This document shows positions 1-8,393 of a stretch of DNA of 49,045 nt, in pieces. The translations under genes and the position numbers were made by a program. Origin of the DNA: Thermoprotei archaeon (GTDB taxonomy: Archaea > Thermoproteota > Thermoprotei > Thermoproteales > B15-G16); NCBI GenBank assembly GCA_003649205.1, contig QMRC01000014.1, positions 1 to 49,045 on the forward strand, read 5' to 3'. Each line of letters starts with the position of its first letter. The first letter of the stretch is position 1. The notes beneath the pieces were generated by a model. That model saw nothing but the letters and a program-made list of their open reading frames with translations, did no database searches and had not been told where the DNA came from.

Positions 1-50
1 ATGCGGGACTGTGGATCCCGTGAGCCCGGGTTCAAATCCCGGCCGCGGCC
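1..50 (+). tRNA. tRNA-His(GTG), 5' end truncated by window edge
   Basis: Anticodon arm cggga-ct-GTG-ga-tcccg, T-arm ccggg-ttcaaat-cccgg, acceptor 3' strand ccgcggc and discriminator C50. CCA is not encoded directly after it. Confidence 0.93.
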
Positions 51-89
51 GGTTGGGGCACCCGGGGTCAAACCCGGCCCCAACCGCCA
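51..89 (+). ncRNA. Putative tRNA-like minihelix / GC-rich hairpin ending in G-CCA
   Basis: 51-58 GGTTGGGG pairs perfectly with 78-85 CCCCAACC. Inner stem-loop ccggg-gtcaaa-cccgg mimics the T-arm. Followed by G86 and CCA at 87-89. Confidence 0.55.
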
Positions 90-290
90 AATACCTCTAT
101 GAATTCACCTCCTCCGGTTATAGCACCCCTCTAAGCTCATAGCAGAGCACAGAATAATATGCTACACTAGTCCTCGATACTAGTGAGTCATCAAGTATCC
201 CTCATGGTAACTAGCAAGTCGTGCCCTTTCTAAAGTCTACGAGAGTGCTTTAATGAGGGATGTTAATGTCCTTAAATTGACACATGTTAC

Positions 291-1490
291 GTGTATGGGT
301 GTGTTCTCTTGCGTGTTCTTAGATTGAGAGGCCAATCAGTCGATCAATACGCTAGGGATCTCTTTACTGAAGTGAGGAATTTAATTGATAAGTTGGTTCA
401 GAAGTATGGTTTGAGACTGGATAGCATTCGATCACATATTGAGTACTCAAGACCTAGGTACTTCGTCAAGGAGGAAAGTTCATCTGAGAGAGCTATTGCT
501 GTGGGTAGCTTACTAGATGAGCTTAGGAGTCGATGTAGGGAGATCTTACCAGAGAGAATAGTGGTTGAGGATTGTAGTAAGAGATCTTTAGCATATAGAA
601 TTGGTCTCATACTAGCTGACGGTTATGTTGCTGATGATGCTAAGATAGTATTCTCAACAACTAACTACACATTACTTGCAATATTACTCAAGTCCTTCGG
701 CGAAGTGTATGTGAAAGGTGCGTCAACGGCTTGTGTAATGGTTACAGGAGAAGTTAAACCTGTACTCTCATTTCATGTACTGGATAGGGATGCCGTTAGG
801 TTAATGGGGAGAGTGATCGGTGGTGAGGTACCTTTCAATTCTGCTATTGAGTTTGCTGATTTCTTGAGTGGTCTCATTGATGGTGATGGTACTGTTGATG
901 GTTTTAGGTCTGTTATTAGGTTGTGGTGTTGTGAGGAGAAGTTACGTAGGTTTCTTCACGTTCTTGAGGAGTGTAGTAGGCGTGGTTACTTTGACTATGT
1001 TGTTCGTGTTGATGAGGTTCGTGATGGTTCTAAGTTGCTTAGAGTTGACTTCTCTGAACAGTCTATGAGGGAAAGCTGTTTTCTCTACTTACTGGAGCTT
1101 CTTCATCCTGAGAAGTCCTCTGCTCTCAAGAGGATTCGTGGTACTTACCTCAGTAGGGATTCTGTAGCTAGGGTACTGAGTCATCTCAATATTCGCTTTG
1201 TTGAGAAGGTTAATCCGTTTACTGGTGGTGTGAGTAGGAGGATTGAGCTTAGGTTCACGAAGTATAGAGATGAGGTTATTGAATTCCTTACACAGGTACT
1301 TGGAATTCCAAGAGATAGGGTTAAAGTTCGTTCTCTTGGTAGTGGTAGGAAGTGTGTAGCTGTATCAGTTAGTAGGTATCACGTTGATTGGTGTTTAAAG
1401 ATCTTGAAGTTTCTTGAGAAATTCAATCTACGTAGTAGACTTGAGAAACTTAGTGAAGGTGTAAGGTTACTCAGTGAAGATCTTACTTAA
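291..1490 (+). CDS. Free-standing LAGLIDADG-family homing endonuclease-like protein
   Basis: Two LAGLIDADG motifs: AYRIGLILADGYV and DFLSGLIDGDGTV. No intein motifs and no flanking host exons. Start codon uncertain. Confidence 0.75.
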   Translation: MYGCVLLRVLRLRGQSVDQYARDLFTEVRNLIDKLVQKYGLRLDSIRSHIEYSRPRYFVKEESSSERAIAVGSLLDELRSRCREILPERIVVEDCSKRSLAYRIGLILADGYVADDAKIVFSTTNYTLLAILLKSFGEVYVKGASTACVMVTGEVKPVLSFHVLDRDAVRLMGRVIGGEVPFNSAIEFADFLSGLIDGDGTVDGFRSVIRLWCCEEKLRRFLHVLEECSRRGYFDYVVRVDEVRDGSKLLRVDFSEQSMRESCFLYLLELLHPEKSSALKRIRGTYLSRDSVARVLSHLNIRFVEKVNPFTGGVSRRIELRFTKYRDEVIEFLTQVLGIPRDRVKVRSLGSGRKCVAVSVSRYHVDWCLKILKFLEKFNLRSRLEKLSEGVRLLSEDLT

Positions 1491-1500
1491 TTGTCCTCCT

Positions 1501-1989
1501 CTAGGTCCTCACCTTACTTATATAGTTCTTGAGCTTCTGTACTAGTTTCAAGACATCTTCTCTATGTACTTCGAACTCTATCTTCTTCAGGAATCCGTGG
1601 TGGTAATTGGCGTGTAGTCTTTCAGCACTTGCAAATAATCTAGGTAGTTCCCTATCACCTGTTTTCTCCGTTACGTGACTAATTATTTCGTTGAAGTGTA
1701 TGTGCTTGTAGTGTGGTAGTTCTTCTAGTTCGCCTATGATGCTTAGTAGTGTGGTTACAGTACCCCAGTACTTTTCACTTGCTTGTATTAAATCGCCTTT
1801 CTTGTAGAAATCTTCTGCTTCCTTCATGTATTTTTCGTGCAATTTCTCGTAGATTCTGATTCTAGTTTCGGAGTTTGTGACATCAGTAACTAGTTCTAGT
1901 ATGAGCTCTGGTATTGTCTTACCTAGGTTACGTGCTTTCCTATGTAGTAACTCACGTAATTCCTCTGGTATCTCAATTTCTGTATTCAC
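1501..1989 (-). CDS. PaREP1-family (HEPN-like) protein with N-terminal ribbon-helix-helix-like segment
   Basis: Motifs GDLIQASEKYWG and AERLHANY are typical of PaREP1. N-terminus IEIPEELRELLHRKARNLGKTIPELILE resembles CopG/RHH. GGTGA SD-like element before the GTG start. Confidence 0.8.
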   Translation of the reverse strand: MNTEIEIPEELRELLHRKARNLGKTIPELILELVTDVTNSETRIRIYEKLHEKYMKEAEDFYKKGDLIQASEKYWGTVTTLLSIIGELEELPHYKHIHFNEIISHVTEKTGDRELPRLFASAERLHANYHHGFLKKIEFEVHREDVLKLVQKLKNYISKVRT

Positions 1990-2068
1990 GGCACTTCACC
2001 TATCATTGAATTACGTTGAAATTACTAATTTAGTTCTCTGCTCTAAACGTAGTTACTCGGTGAGTACT

Positions 2069-3058
2069 TTGCTTGCTGCTAGGTTATATGGTGCTAGGGA
2101 TCTTCGTCTTGAGGATGTCCCTACTCCTGAAGTTCCTGAGGGTTGGGTTTTAGTTAGGACTCTTGCTGTTGGTATTTGTGGTACTGATAAGGCTTTTTAC
2201 CTAGGTACCTACCCTCTTTTCAAGGTTCCTCTAGTTCCTGGTCATGAGGTTTGTGGTGTAGTTGTTGGGGGTCCTAGGGATTTGGTTGGTAGGAGGGTTG
2301 TTCCTGAGATTAACTTCTCCTGTGGTAGGTGTTCTCTCTGTAGGTTGGGTCTCTACACTCATTGTCCTCACAAGAGGACTCTCGGTATTGACTTCGATGG
2401 TGGTATGGCTGAGTACTTCGTAGCTCCTGTATCTGCTCTACACTTCGTCGATGACCTTGATCCTGTCGTTGCTACTGCTGTTGAGCCTCTAGCTGCTGTA
2501 CTTAATGCTCTTGAGCAGTATCCACCTAAACCTCACATGAAGGTTGCTGTTCTCGGTAGTGGTAATCTAGCTATACTCACTATTCAGGTTCTGAAGTGCT
2601 TTGGTGTTTTGGATGTTGCTGCTATTGCTAGGGATGATAGTCCTAAGGTTAAGTACCTACGTGAGCTAGGTGTTGAGGTTGTTACTCTTAGTCAGTTGAG
2701 TGACTACGTTAAGAGGTGTACTCCTGAAGGTCTTGGTTTTGATATGGTGTTTGAGGTTACTGGTTCTCCTCAAGGTCTTGAACTAGCTATTGACATTACT
2801 AGGCCTAGGGGTGTCATTCACTTGAAGTCTACTCCAGGTGCTAGATCCTGTATTGATTCTACGAGAGCTGTTGTCAAGGAGCTTAAGATAATTGGTACTA
2901 GGTGTGGTACCTTTAGGGAATTTAATAAGGCTATTGAGTTAATTAGAGGAGGTATCGTTAGACCTATTGTGACAAGTACCGTGAAGTTGAGGAGCGTAGT
3001 AGAGGCTTTTGAGAGGTCACTTCGTAGGGAGGAGGTTAAGGTCGTAGTAATTCCTTAG
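2069..3058 (+). CDS. Zinc-dependent medium-chain alcohol dehydrogenase
   Basis: GICGTD, GHE, structural Zn site CGRCSLCRLGLYTHC and Rossmann GSGNLA. TTG start at 2069 after GGTGA was chosen over the ORF start at 1877. Confidence 0.88.
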   Translation: MLAARLYGARDLRLEDVPTPEVPEGWVLVRTLAVGICGTDKAFYLGTYPLFKVPLVPGHEVCGVVVGGPRDLVGRRVVPEINFSCGRCSLCRLGLYTHCPHKRTLGIDFDGGMAEYFVAPVSALHFVDDLDPVVATAVEPLAAVLNALEQYPPKPHMKVAVLGSGNLAILTIQVLKCFGVLDVAAIARDDSPKVKYLRELGVEVVTLSQLSDYVKRCTPEGLGFDMVFEVTGSPQGLELAIDITRPRGVIHLKSTPGARSCIDSTRAVVKELKIIGTRCGTFREFNKAIELIRGGIVRPIVTSTVKLRSVVEAFERSLRREEVKVVVIP

Positions 3059-3122
3059 CAATATATTAAACCATGTTTTATTTTTGGTTTACTCACTACC
3101 TCTGTGCTGTGTGGGTTGAGAC

Positions 3123-4619
3123 ATGGTTAGGATAGTGTATGCGACTTTCATGAACTACGTCTTTAGCTTTGTTGAGGCTGTTATCAGCTTTCTCTTTGTG
3201 GTGCTAATTATTAGGAGGTTGTCCTTTAGCGATTTTGCTAACTGGATTCTCATCACTACCTACATCTCTTACGTGCTATTTCTAGCTGCTATATGTGATT
3301 ACTGGATTCCTAGGTATGTAGCTAGGGGGGTCAATGTCTCTAAGACAGGTATCGTGTTGATGTTACTGCTTGGTTTAGCTGCAACAGCTGTGTACTCTGT
3401 TGTAGGGTATGCTTTAGCTTTGACGTTTGGTCATGACATTGTTGCTACTCTGCTAGCTTCCTTCATTGTCCTGCTGATATTCCTTAATAGAGGTTTGAAC
3501 AGTATTGTCATTGGTACGAAACCTCAGTTCGCTACTCTGTGTCTTTTGGTGCAGAGAGCTACTCAGCTTGCTGTTGCTGTGTTGATGGTGTATTACCTTA
3601 GGTTTGGTGTTAGAGGTGTTGTTGTAGCGGCTATTGCTGGTTGGTGTGCATCGTGCATGGTACTCTACTCGATTACTCGTAAGTACATTTCTGAATCTAA
3701 AATTAACTACGAGATCATGGTTCTATGGATTAAGAGGGCTTGGATACCGTTGTACACATCCATCTCGGGTACCCTAATGGCGTTGGATTACACCGTTATG
3801 AGGTACATCACAGGTAGTGATGAAGTTATTGCACTGTACGGTGCTGGTGCTACATTTACAAAAGCTATTGCACTTACGGCACAGGCCATGCCTGCTCTCT
3901 ATGCAGGGATGCTGAAAGATGCTCGTGGTGAGTACCTGTACCATGCTCTCTGGGCCATGTACTTAGTAGCTATACCCTTAACAACCTTCATATACTTCAA
4001 CTCAAAGCTCATAGCAGCACTACTTGGTGTTAAGTACGTGAAGCTAGGTCCAGTACTACCTCTCTTCGCTACCATGTACATAGTCTACATAACGCATACC
4101 GCTATCACAGCAGTATTCACAGGATTAGAACGACGTGAATTAGGTACAGTATCCTCTAGAGAGCTACTGAAGACAGCACTCTTCAAGAACCCTACAGTGA
4201 ATGCTGTAGTGAATGTAGCTTACTTAGCTACACTAGCTCTCACCGTAATGTTCGTAAGAGAATTAGGAGTGTTCACAGTAGTGCTACTATGGGTACTACT
4301 CTCAACAACTAGGTATTTAGTACAGATAGTACTGAAGGAGTACCTACTCCGAAAGGACTTTAAGTTCCGAACAAACTACTTACTAATCTCCAAGTACCTA
4401 GCTAAGTTCACTCTACTCTCCGTACTCTGCTGTCTAGTAGTTAACCTAATTCCTGTAGAGTACAGCACAAGCATCTGGAAGATCACTCACTCCCTACTTA
4501 TGAGGGGAATACCGTACACCCTACTCTATGTGAGTATCACGTACTTAGTTGATGCTAGATTTAGATTACTTTGCTTAAGAGCAGTGAACATCCTAATACC
4601 TAGTAAAATACATAGGTAA
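3123..4619 (+). CDS. Polytopic membrane protein, probable Wzx/MATE-like polysaccharide flippase
   Basis: About 12-14 hydrophobic segments, RRLSFSDFANW after the first helix and a 498-aa length fit the MOP/Wzx family. Confidence 0.6.
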   Translation: MVRIVYATFMNYVFSFVEAVISFLFVVLIIRRLSFSDFANWILITTYISYVLFLAAICDYWIPRYVARGVNVSKTGIVLMLLLGLAATAVYSVVGYALALTFGHDIVATLLASFIVLLIFLNRGLNSIVIGTKPQFATLCLLVQRATQLAVAVLMVYYLRFGVRGVVVAAIAGWCASCMVLYSITRKYISESKINYEIMVLWIKRAWIPLYTSISGTLMALDYTVMRYITGSDEVIALYGAGATFTKAIALTAQAMPALYAGMLKDARGEYLYHALWAMYLVAIPLTTFIYFNSKLIAALLGVKYVKLGPVLPLFATMYIVYITHTAITAVFTGLERRELGTVSSRELLKTALFKNPTVNAVVNVAYLATLALTVMFVRELGVFTVVLLWVLLSTTRYLVQIVLKEYLLRKDFKFRTNYLLISKYLAKFTLLSVLCCLVVNLIPVEYSTSIWKITHSLLMRGIPYTLLYVSITYLVDARFRLLCLRAVNILIPSKIHR

Positions 4620-4695
4620 AATACTAGAAGTGAAGAGACATAGTAGTGGAGAAGGTCTCGATAAGGGTAGTACGTAATGCGCGTACGTAGTTCTT

Positions 4696-4712
4696 GGGAA
4701 AGGTTTATTTAC
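4696..4712 (+). promoter_or_regulatory. BRE/TATA promoter of the rpo operon
   Basis: gggaaagg-tttattta about 70 nt upstream of rpoH. Confidence 0.55.
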
Positions 4713-4779
4713 CCTAGTTTCGGCGTGATGTTCTGACACCTTATTCGGGGTTTCCGAGTCCTGTATTAGGTGGATTAGT

Positions 4780-5028
4780 ATGTCTGTAAAGAAGAAATTC
4801 GATGTTTTTGAACATGAGTTAGTACCGAAGCATATTCTACTCACTCGTGAGGAAGCTAAGGTAATACTCAAGAAGTTAGGTATCTACCCCTGGCAGCTTC
4901 CCTGGATTCGAGCTTCTGATCCTGCTGCTCGTGCTCTCGGTGCTAGGCCTGGTGACGTTATTATGATTATTAGGAAGAGTCCAACAGCTGGAATCTCCAT
5001 AGTGTATAGGTACGTAATTCCGGGGTGA
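4780..5028 (+). CDS. rpoH: RNA polymerase subunit Rpo5 (H)
   Basis: [27 protein letters not shown]; first gene of the rpo operon. Confidence 0.97.
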   Translation: MSVKKKFDVFEHELVPKHILLTREEAKVILKKLGIYPWQLPWIRASDPAARALGARPGDVIMIIRKSPTAGISIVYRYVIPG

Positions 5029-5034
5029 TTACCT

Positions 5035-8000
5035 GTGGGTAATGGGAAAGGTAATGTGTTTCCTACTCCAGACGATAGGTGGACACTTGTAGAGGCATTT
5101 ATTAGGGAGAAGGGATTGGTTAGACAGCATATTGAGTCATTTAATGACTTCATTGAGCGTAGGTTACAGCAGATCATTGATGAGATCAAGGTCGTTGAAA
5201 CAAACATACCTGGTCTATACATTAAGTTGGGTAAGATTGAAGTTGGTAAGCCAATGGTTAAGGAAGCTGATGGTTCAGAGAGCGAGATTACTCCAATGGA
5301 GGCAAGGCTTAGGAACCTAACATACGCAGCACCAATGTACTTAACGCTGACACTAGTCGTCAATGGTATTGAGCAGACAACCGAGAAGGTGTACATAGGT
5401 CACCTACCAATCATGGTTAAGTCCTGTAAGTGTCCACTCTCTAGAATGAGTGAAGAGGAGCTAATCAAGAGACTTGAGGATCCAAAAGATCCAGGTGGCT
5501 ACTTCATCATAAACGGCTCTGAGAGAGTACTCGTAATGCAGGAAGACCTAGCACCTAATAGAGTAATGGTTGAGGTAGGTGGTAAATCATCATCAGTAAC
5601 TCACACAGCTAAGGTACTATCAGTCACGCCAACATTCAGGACATCAGTTACCCTGGAGAGACACAAAGACGGTACACTACACGTATCGTTCCCAGCTGTA
5701 CCAGCTAAGATACCCTTCGCCGTAATGATGCGTGCACTAGGTCTAGAGAGAGACGATGAGATAGTACAGGCTGTATCGGATGACGAGACAATTCAGAAGG
5801 AGTTAATTCCATCACTACTACAGGCACAAGCAATAACGACTGTAGAGGATGCACTCGACTACATAGGTAGTAAGGTCGCGGTTGGACAGCCAAGGGAAGT
5901 ACGTATTCAAAAGGCAGAACAAGTAATCGATAGGCAGTTCCTACCTCATCTAGGTACGAAACCTGAGGATAGAATTAAGAAGGCTTACTTCCTGGCACAG
6001 ATGGCTGAGAAACTAATTGAGGTTGCGCTTGGTAGGAGGAAGACAGATGATAAGGATCACTACGCCAATAAGAGGCTTAGGCTAGCGGGTGACCTGCTAG
6101 CACAGCTATTTAGACACGTCTTCAGACAGTCATTCTGTGCTGATTTGAGGTACCAAATCGAGAGGCTTTGGAGTAAGAACAGAGAGATTTCACTAGCAAC
6201 GGTCGTCAGGGCCGATATCTTAACCGAGAAAATTAGGTACGCACTAGCAACAGGTAACTGGGTTGGTGGTAGAGTTGGTGTCAGCCAGCTACTAGACAGA
6301 ACGAACTACCTATCCACAATTAGCCATCTAAGGAGAGTAGTGTCGCCACTGAGTAGAACGCAACCGCACTTCGAAGCTAGAGACCTACACCCGACACAGT
6401 GGGGTAGACTCTGTACAAATGAGAGTCCAGAAGGTCAGAATTGCGGTCTGGTCAAGAACCTAGCTCTCTTAGCAACTGTCTCAATTGGTGTCGATGAGAG
6501 TAAGATCGAGAAGGTACTTTACAACCTAGGTGTTGTACCAATTATCGAAGCTAGGAAGAAGGGAATTAGGGGGACGAAGGTATACCTCAACGGTAGGTTA
6601 ATTGGTATTCACCTAGAGCCAGAGAAGCTAGTTACTGAGTTCAGAAAGTTGAGAAGAAGTGGTAAGATACCACCTGAAGTGAGTATAGCTTACCACAGGG
6701 ACAGGTATATCAACGAGATCTCGGTGAACTGTGACGAGGGTAGAGTACTGAGACCACTACTAGTTGTCGAGAATGGTGAGCTAAAGCTAAAGCCAGAGCA
6801 CATCGAGAAGCTGAAGAGAGGTGAGTGGTCTTGGAGCGACCTAGTTAGGAATGGTATAGTTGAGTACCTCGATGCTGAAGAGGAGGAGAATGCACTAATA
6901 GCAACAGATCCAAGCGAAATAACACCAAAGCACACTCACATGGAGATTGTACCAGCGGCAATTCTAGGTGCTGTAGCGTCAATAATACCATTTGCAGAGT
7001 ACAATCAGTCACCAAGAAACTCCTACGAAGCAGCAATGGCGAAGCAAGCACTTGGAATACCATCACTAAACTACAGATTCAGAATGGACTCAAGAATGCA
7101 CCTACTACACTACCCACAGAGACCACTAGTAACGACTAGAGCACTAGAGATCATTGGCTACAGCGAGAGGCCTGCTGGACAGAACTTAGTTATCGCGGTC
7201 ATGTCCTTCGGTGGATACAACATGGAGGACGCACTCATATTCAACAAAGCATCTATTGAGAGAGGAGTCGGTAGATCAACATTCTTCAGAACGTACGAGG
7301 CAGAGGAGAGGAAGTATCCAGGCGGTGAAGAGGATAGAATAGAGATACCAGAACCAACAGTTAGAGGTTACAGATCACCAGAAGTCTATGCTCACCTAAG
7401 CGATGATGGCATTGTTGATCCAGAGACCTACGTATCTGGTGGTGAGGTCTTAATAGGTAGGACTAGTCCACCGAGATTCTTCGGTATGTACCATGAGCTA
7501 GGTGTTGGAATGGTTAGGAGAGACACCTCCGTTACTGTGAGACGAGGCGAGAAGGGTATTGTTGATAAGGTGATCATAACTGAGACGGTTGAGGGTAACA
7601 AGCTAGTTAAGGTTAGGGTGAGAGAAACTAGAATACCTGAACTAGGTGATAAGTTCGCTTCGAGACACGGACAGAAAGGAGTTATCGGTCTGATAGTACC
7701 TATGGAGGACATGCCGTTTACTGAGGACGGTATCGTACCAGACATAATAATCAATCCACATGCATTTCCATCAAGAATGACCATTGGTCAGCTTATTGAG
7801 ACAATAGCCGGTAAGGTAGCTGCACTCGAGGGTAGGATAGTAGATGGTACACCATTCGATGGTGAGAAAGAGGAGGATCTTAGGAAGGCACTACTCAAGC
7901 TAGGTTTCAGACCAGATGGTAAGGAGGTTATGTACAATGGTATTACTGGAGAGAAGATGGTTGCAGAGATCTTCATAGGTATCGTCTACTACCAGAAGCT

Positions 8001-8385
8001 ACACCACATGGTAGCTGACAAGATACATGCTAGAGCTAGAGGACCAGTACAGATACTGACGAGACAGCCAACTGAGGGTAGGGCTAGAGAAGGTGGCTTG
8101 AGATTTGGTGAGATGGAGCGTGATTGCTTAATTGGTCACGGTACAGCACTGCTCTTGAGAGAGAGATTGCTCGAGAGCTCTGATAGGTACGTAATGTACG
8201 TATGTGAGAACTGCGGTCTCATAGCTTACTTCGATGCTAGACGTGGTATACCAGTGTGCCCAGTCTGCGGTGAGAAGGCTAAGATAGCTAAGGTTATAGT
8301 ACCGTACGCATTCAAGCTACTACTACAGGAGCTCATGAGTATGTGTATAATGCCGAGGTTAGTGCTCGGTGACGTAACTGAGTAA
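5035..8385 (+). CDS. rpoB: RNA polymerase subunit Rpo2 (B, unsplit)
   Basis: [34 protein letters not shown] and a C-terminal Zn ribbon. Confidence 0.99.
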   Translation: MGNGKGNVFPTPDDRWTLVEAFIREKGLVRQHIESFNDFIERRLQQIIDEIKVVETNIPGLYIKLGKIEVGKPMVKEADGSESEITPMEARLRNLTYAAPMYLTLTLVVNGIEQTTEKVYIGHLPIMVKSCKCPLSRMSEEELIKRLEDPKDPGGYFIINGSERVLVMQEDLAPNRVMVEVGGKSSSVTHTAKVLSVTPTFRTSVTLERHKDGTLHVSFPAVPAKIPFAVMMRALGLERDDEIVQAVSDDETIQKELIPSLLQAQAITTVEDALDYIGSKVAVGQPREVRIQKAEQVIDRQFLPHLGTKPEDRIKKAYFLAQMAEKLIEVALGRRKTDDKDHYANKRLRLAGDLLAQLFRHVFRQSFCADLRYQIERLWSKNREISLATVVRADILTEKIRYALATGNWVGGRVGVSQLLDRTNYLSTISHLRRVVSPLSRTQPHFEARDLHPTQWGRLCTNESPEGQNCGLVKNLALLATVSIGVDESKIEKVLYNLGVVPIIEARKKGIRGTKVYLNGRLIGIHLEPEKLVTEFRKLRRSGKIPPEVSIAYHRDRYINEISVNCDEGRVLRPLLVVENGELKLKPEHIEKLKRGEWSWSDLVRNGIVEYLDAEEEENALIATDPSEITPKHTHMEIVPAAILGAVASIIPFAEYNQSPRNSYEAAMAKQALGIPSLNYRFRMDSRMHLLHYPQRPLVTTRALEIIGYSERPAGQNLVIAVMSFGGYNMEDALIFNKASIERGVGRSTFFRTYEAEERKYPGGEEDRIEIPEPTVRGYRSPEVYAHLSDDGIVDPETYVSGGEVLIGRTSPPRFFGMYHELGVGMVRRDTSVTVRRGEKGIVDKVIITETVEGNKLVKVRVRETRIPELGDKFASRHGQKGVIGLIVPMEDMPFTEDGIVPDIIINPHAFPSRMTIGQLIETIAGKVAALEGRIVDGTPFDGEKEEDLRKALLKLGFRPDGKEVMYNGITGEKMVAEIFIGIVYYQKLHHMVADKIHARARGPVQILTRQPTEGRAREGGLRFGEMERDCLIGHGTALLLRERLLESSDRYVMYVCENCGLIAYFDARRGIPVCPVCGEKAKIAKVIVPYAFKLLLQELMSMCIMPRLVLGDVTE

Positions 8386-8393
8386 GAGAGGAG

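Noticed and set aside
165-261. Short inverted repeats (cactagt/actagtg; atccctcat 197-205 / atgagggat 253-261) upstream of the LAGLIDADG gene
   Set aside because: Only 7-9 bp, with no target-site duplication or transposase; compatible with chance.
1877-2068. N-terminal extension of the ADH ORF
   Set aside because: It overlaps PaREP1 on the opposite strand; ADH homology starts at the TTG at 2069 after a GGTGA.
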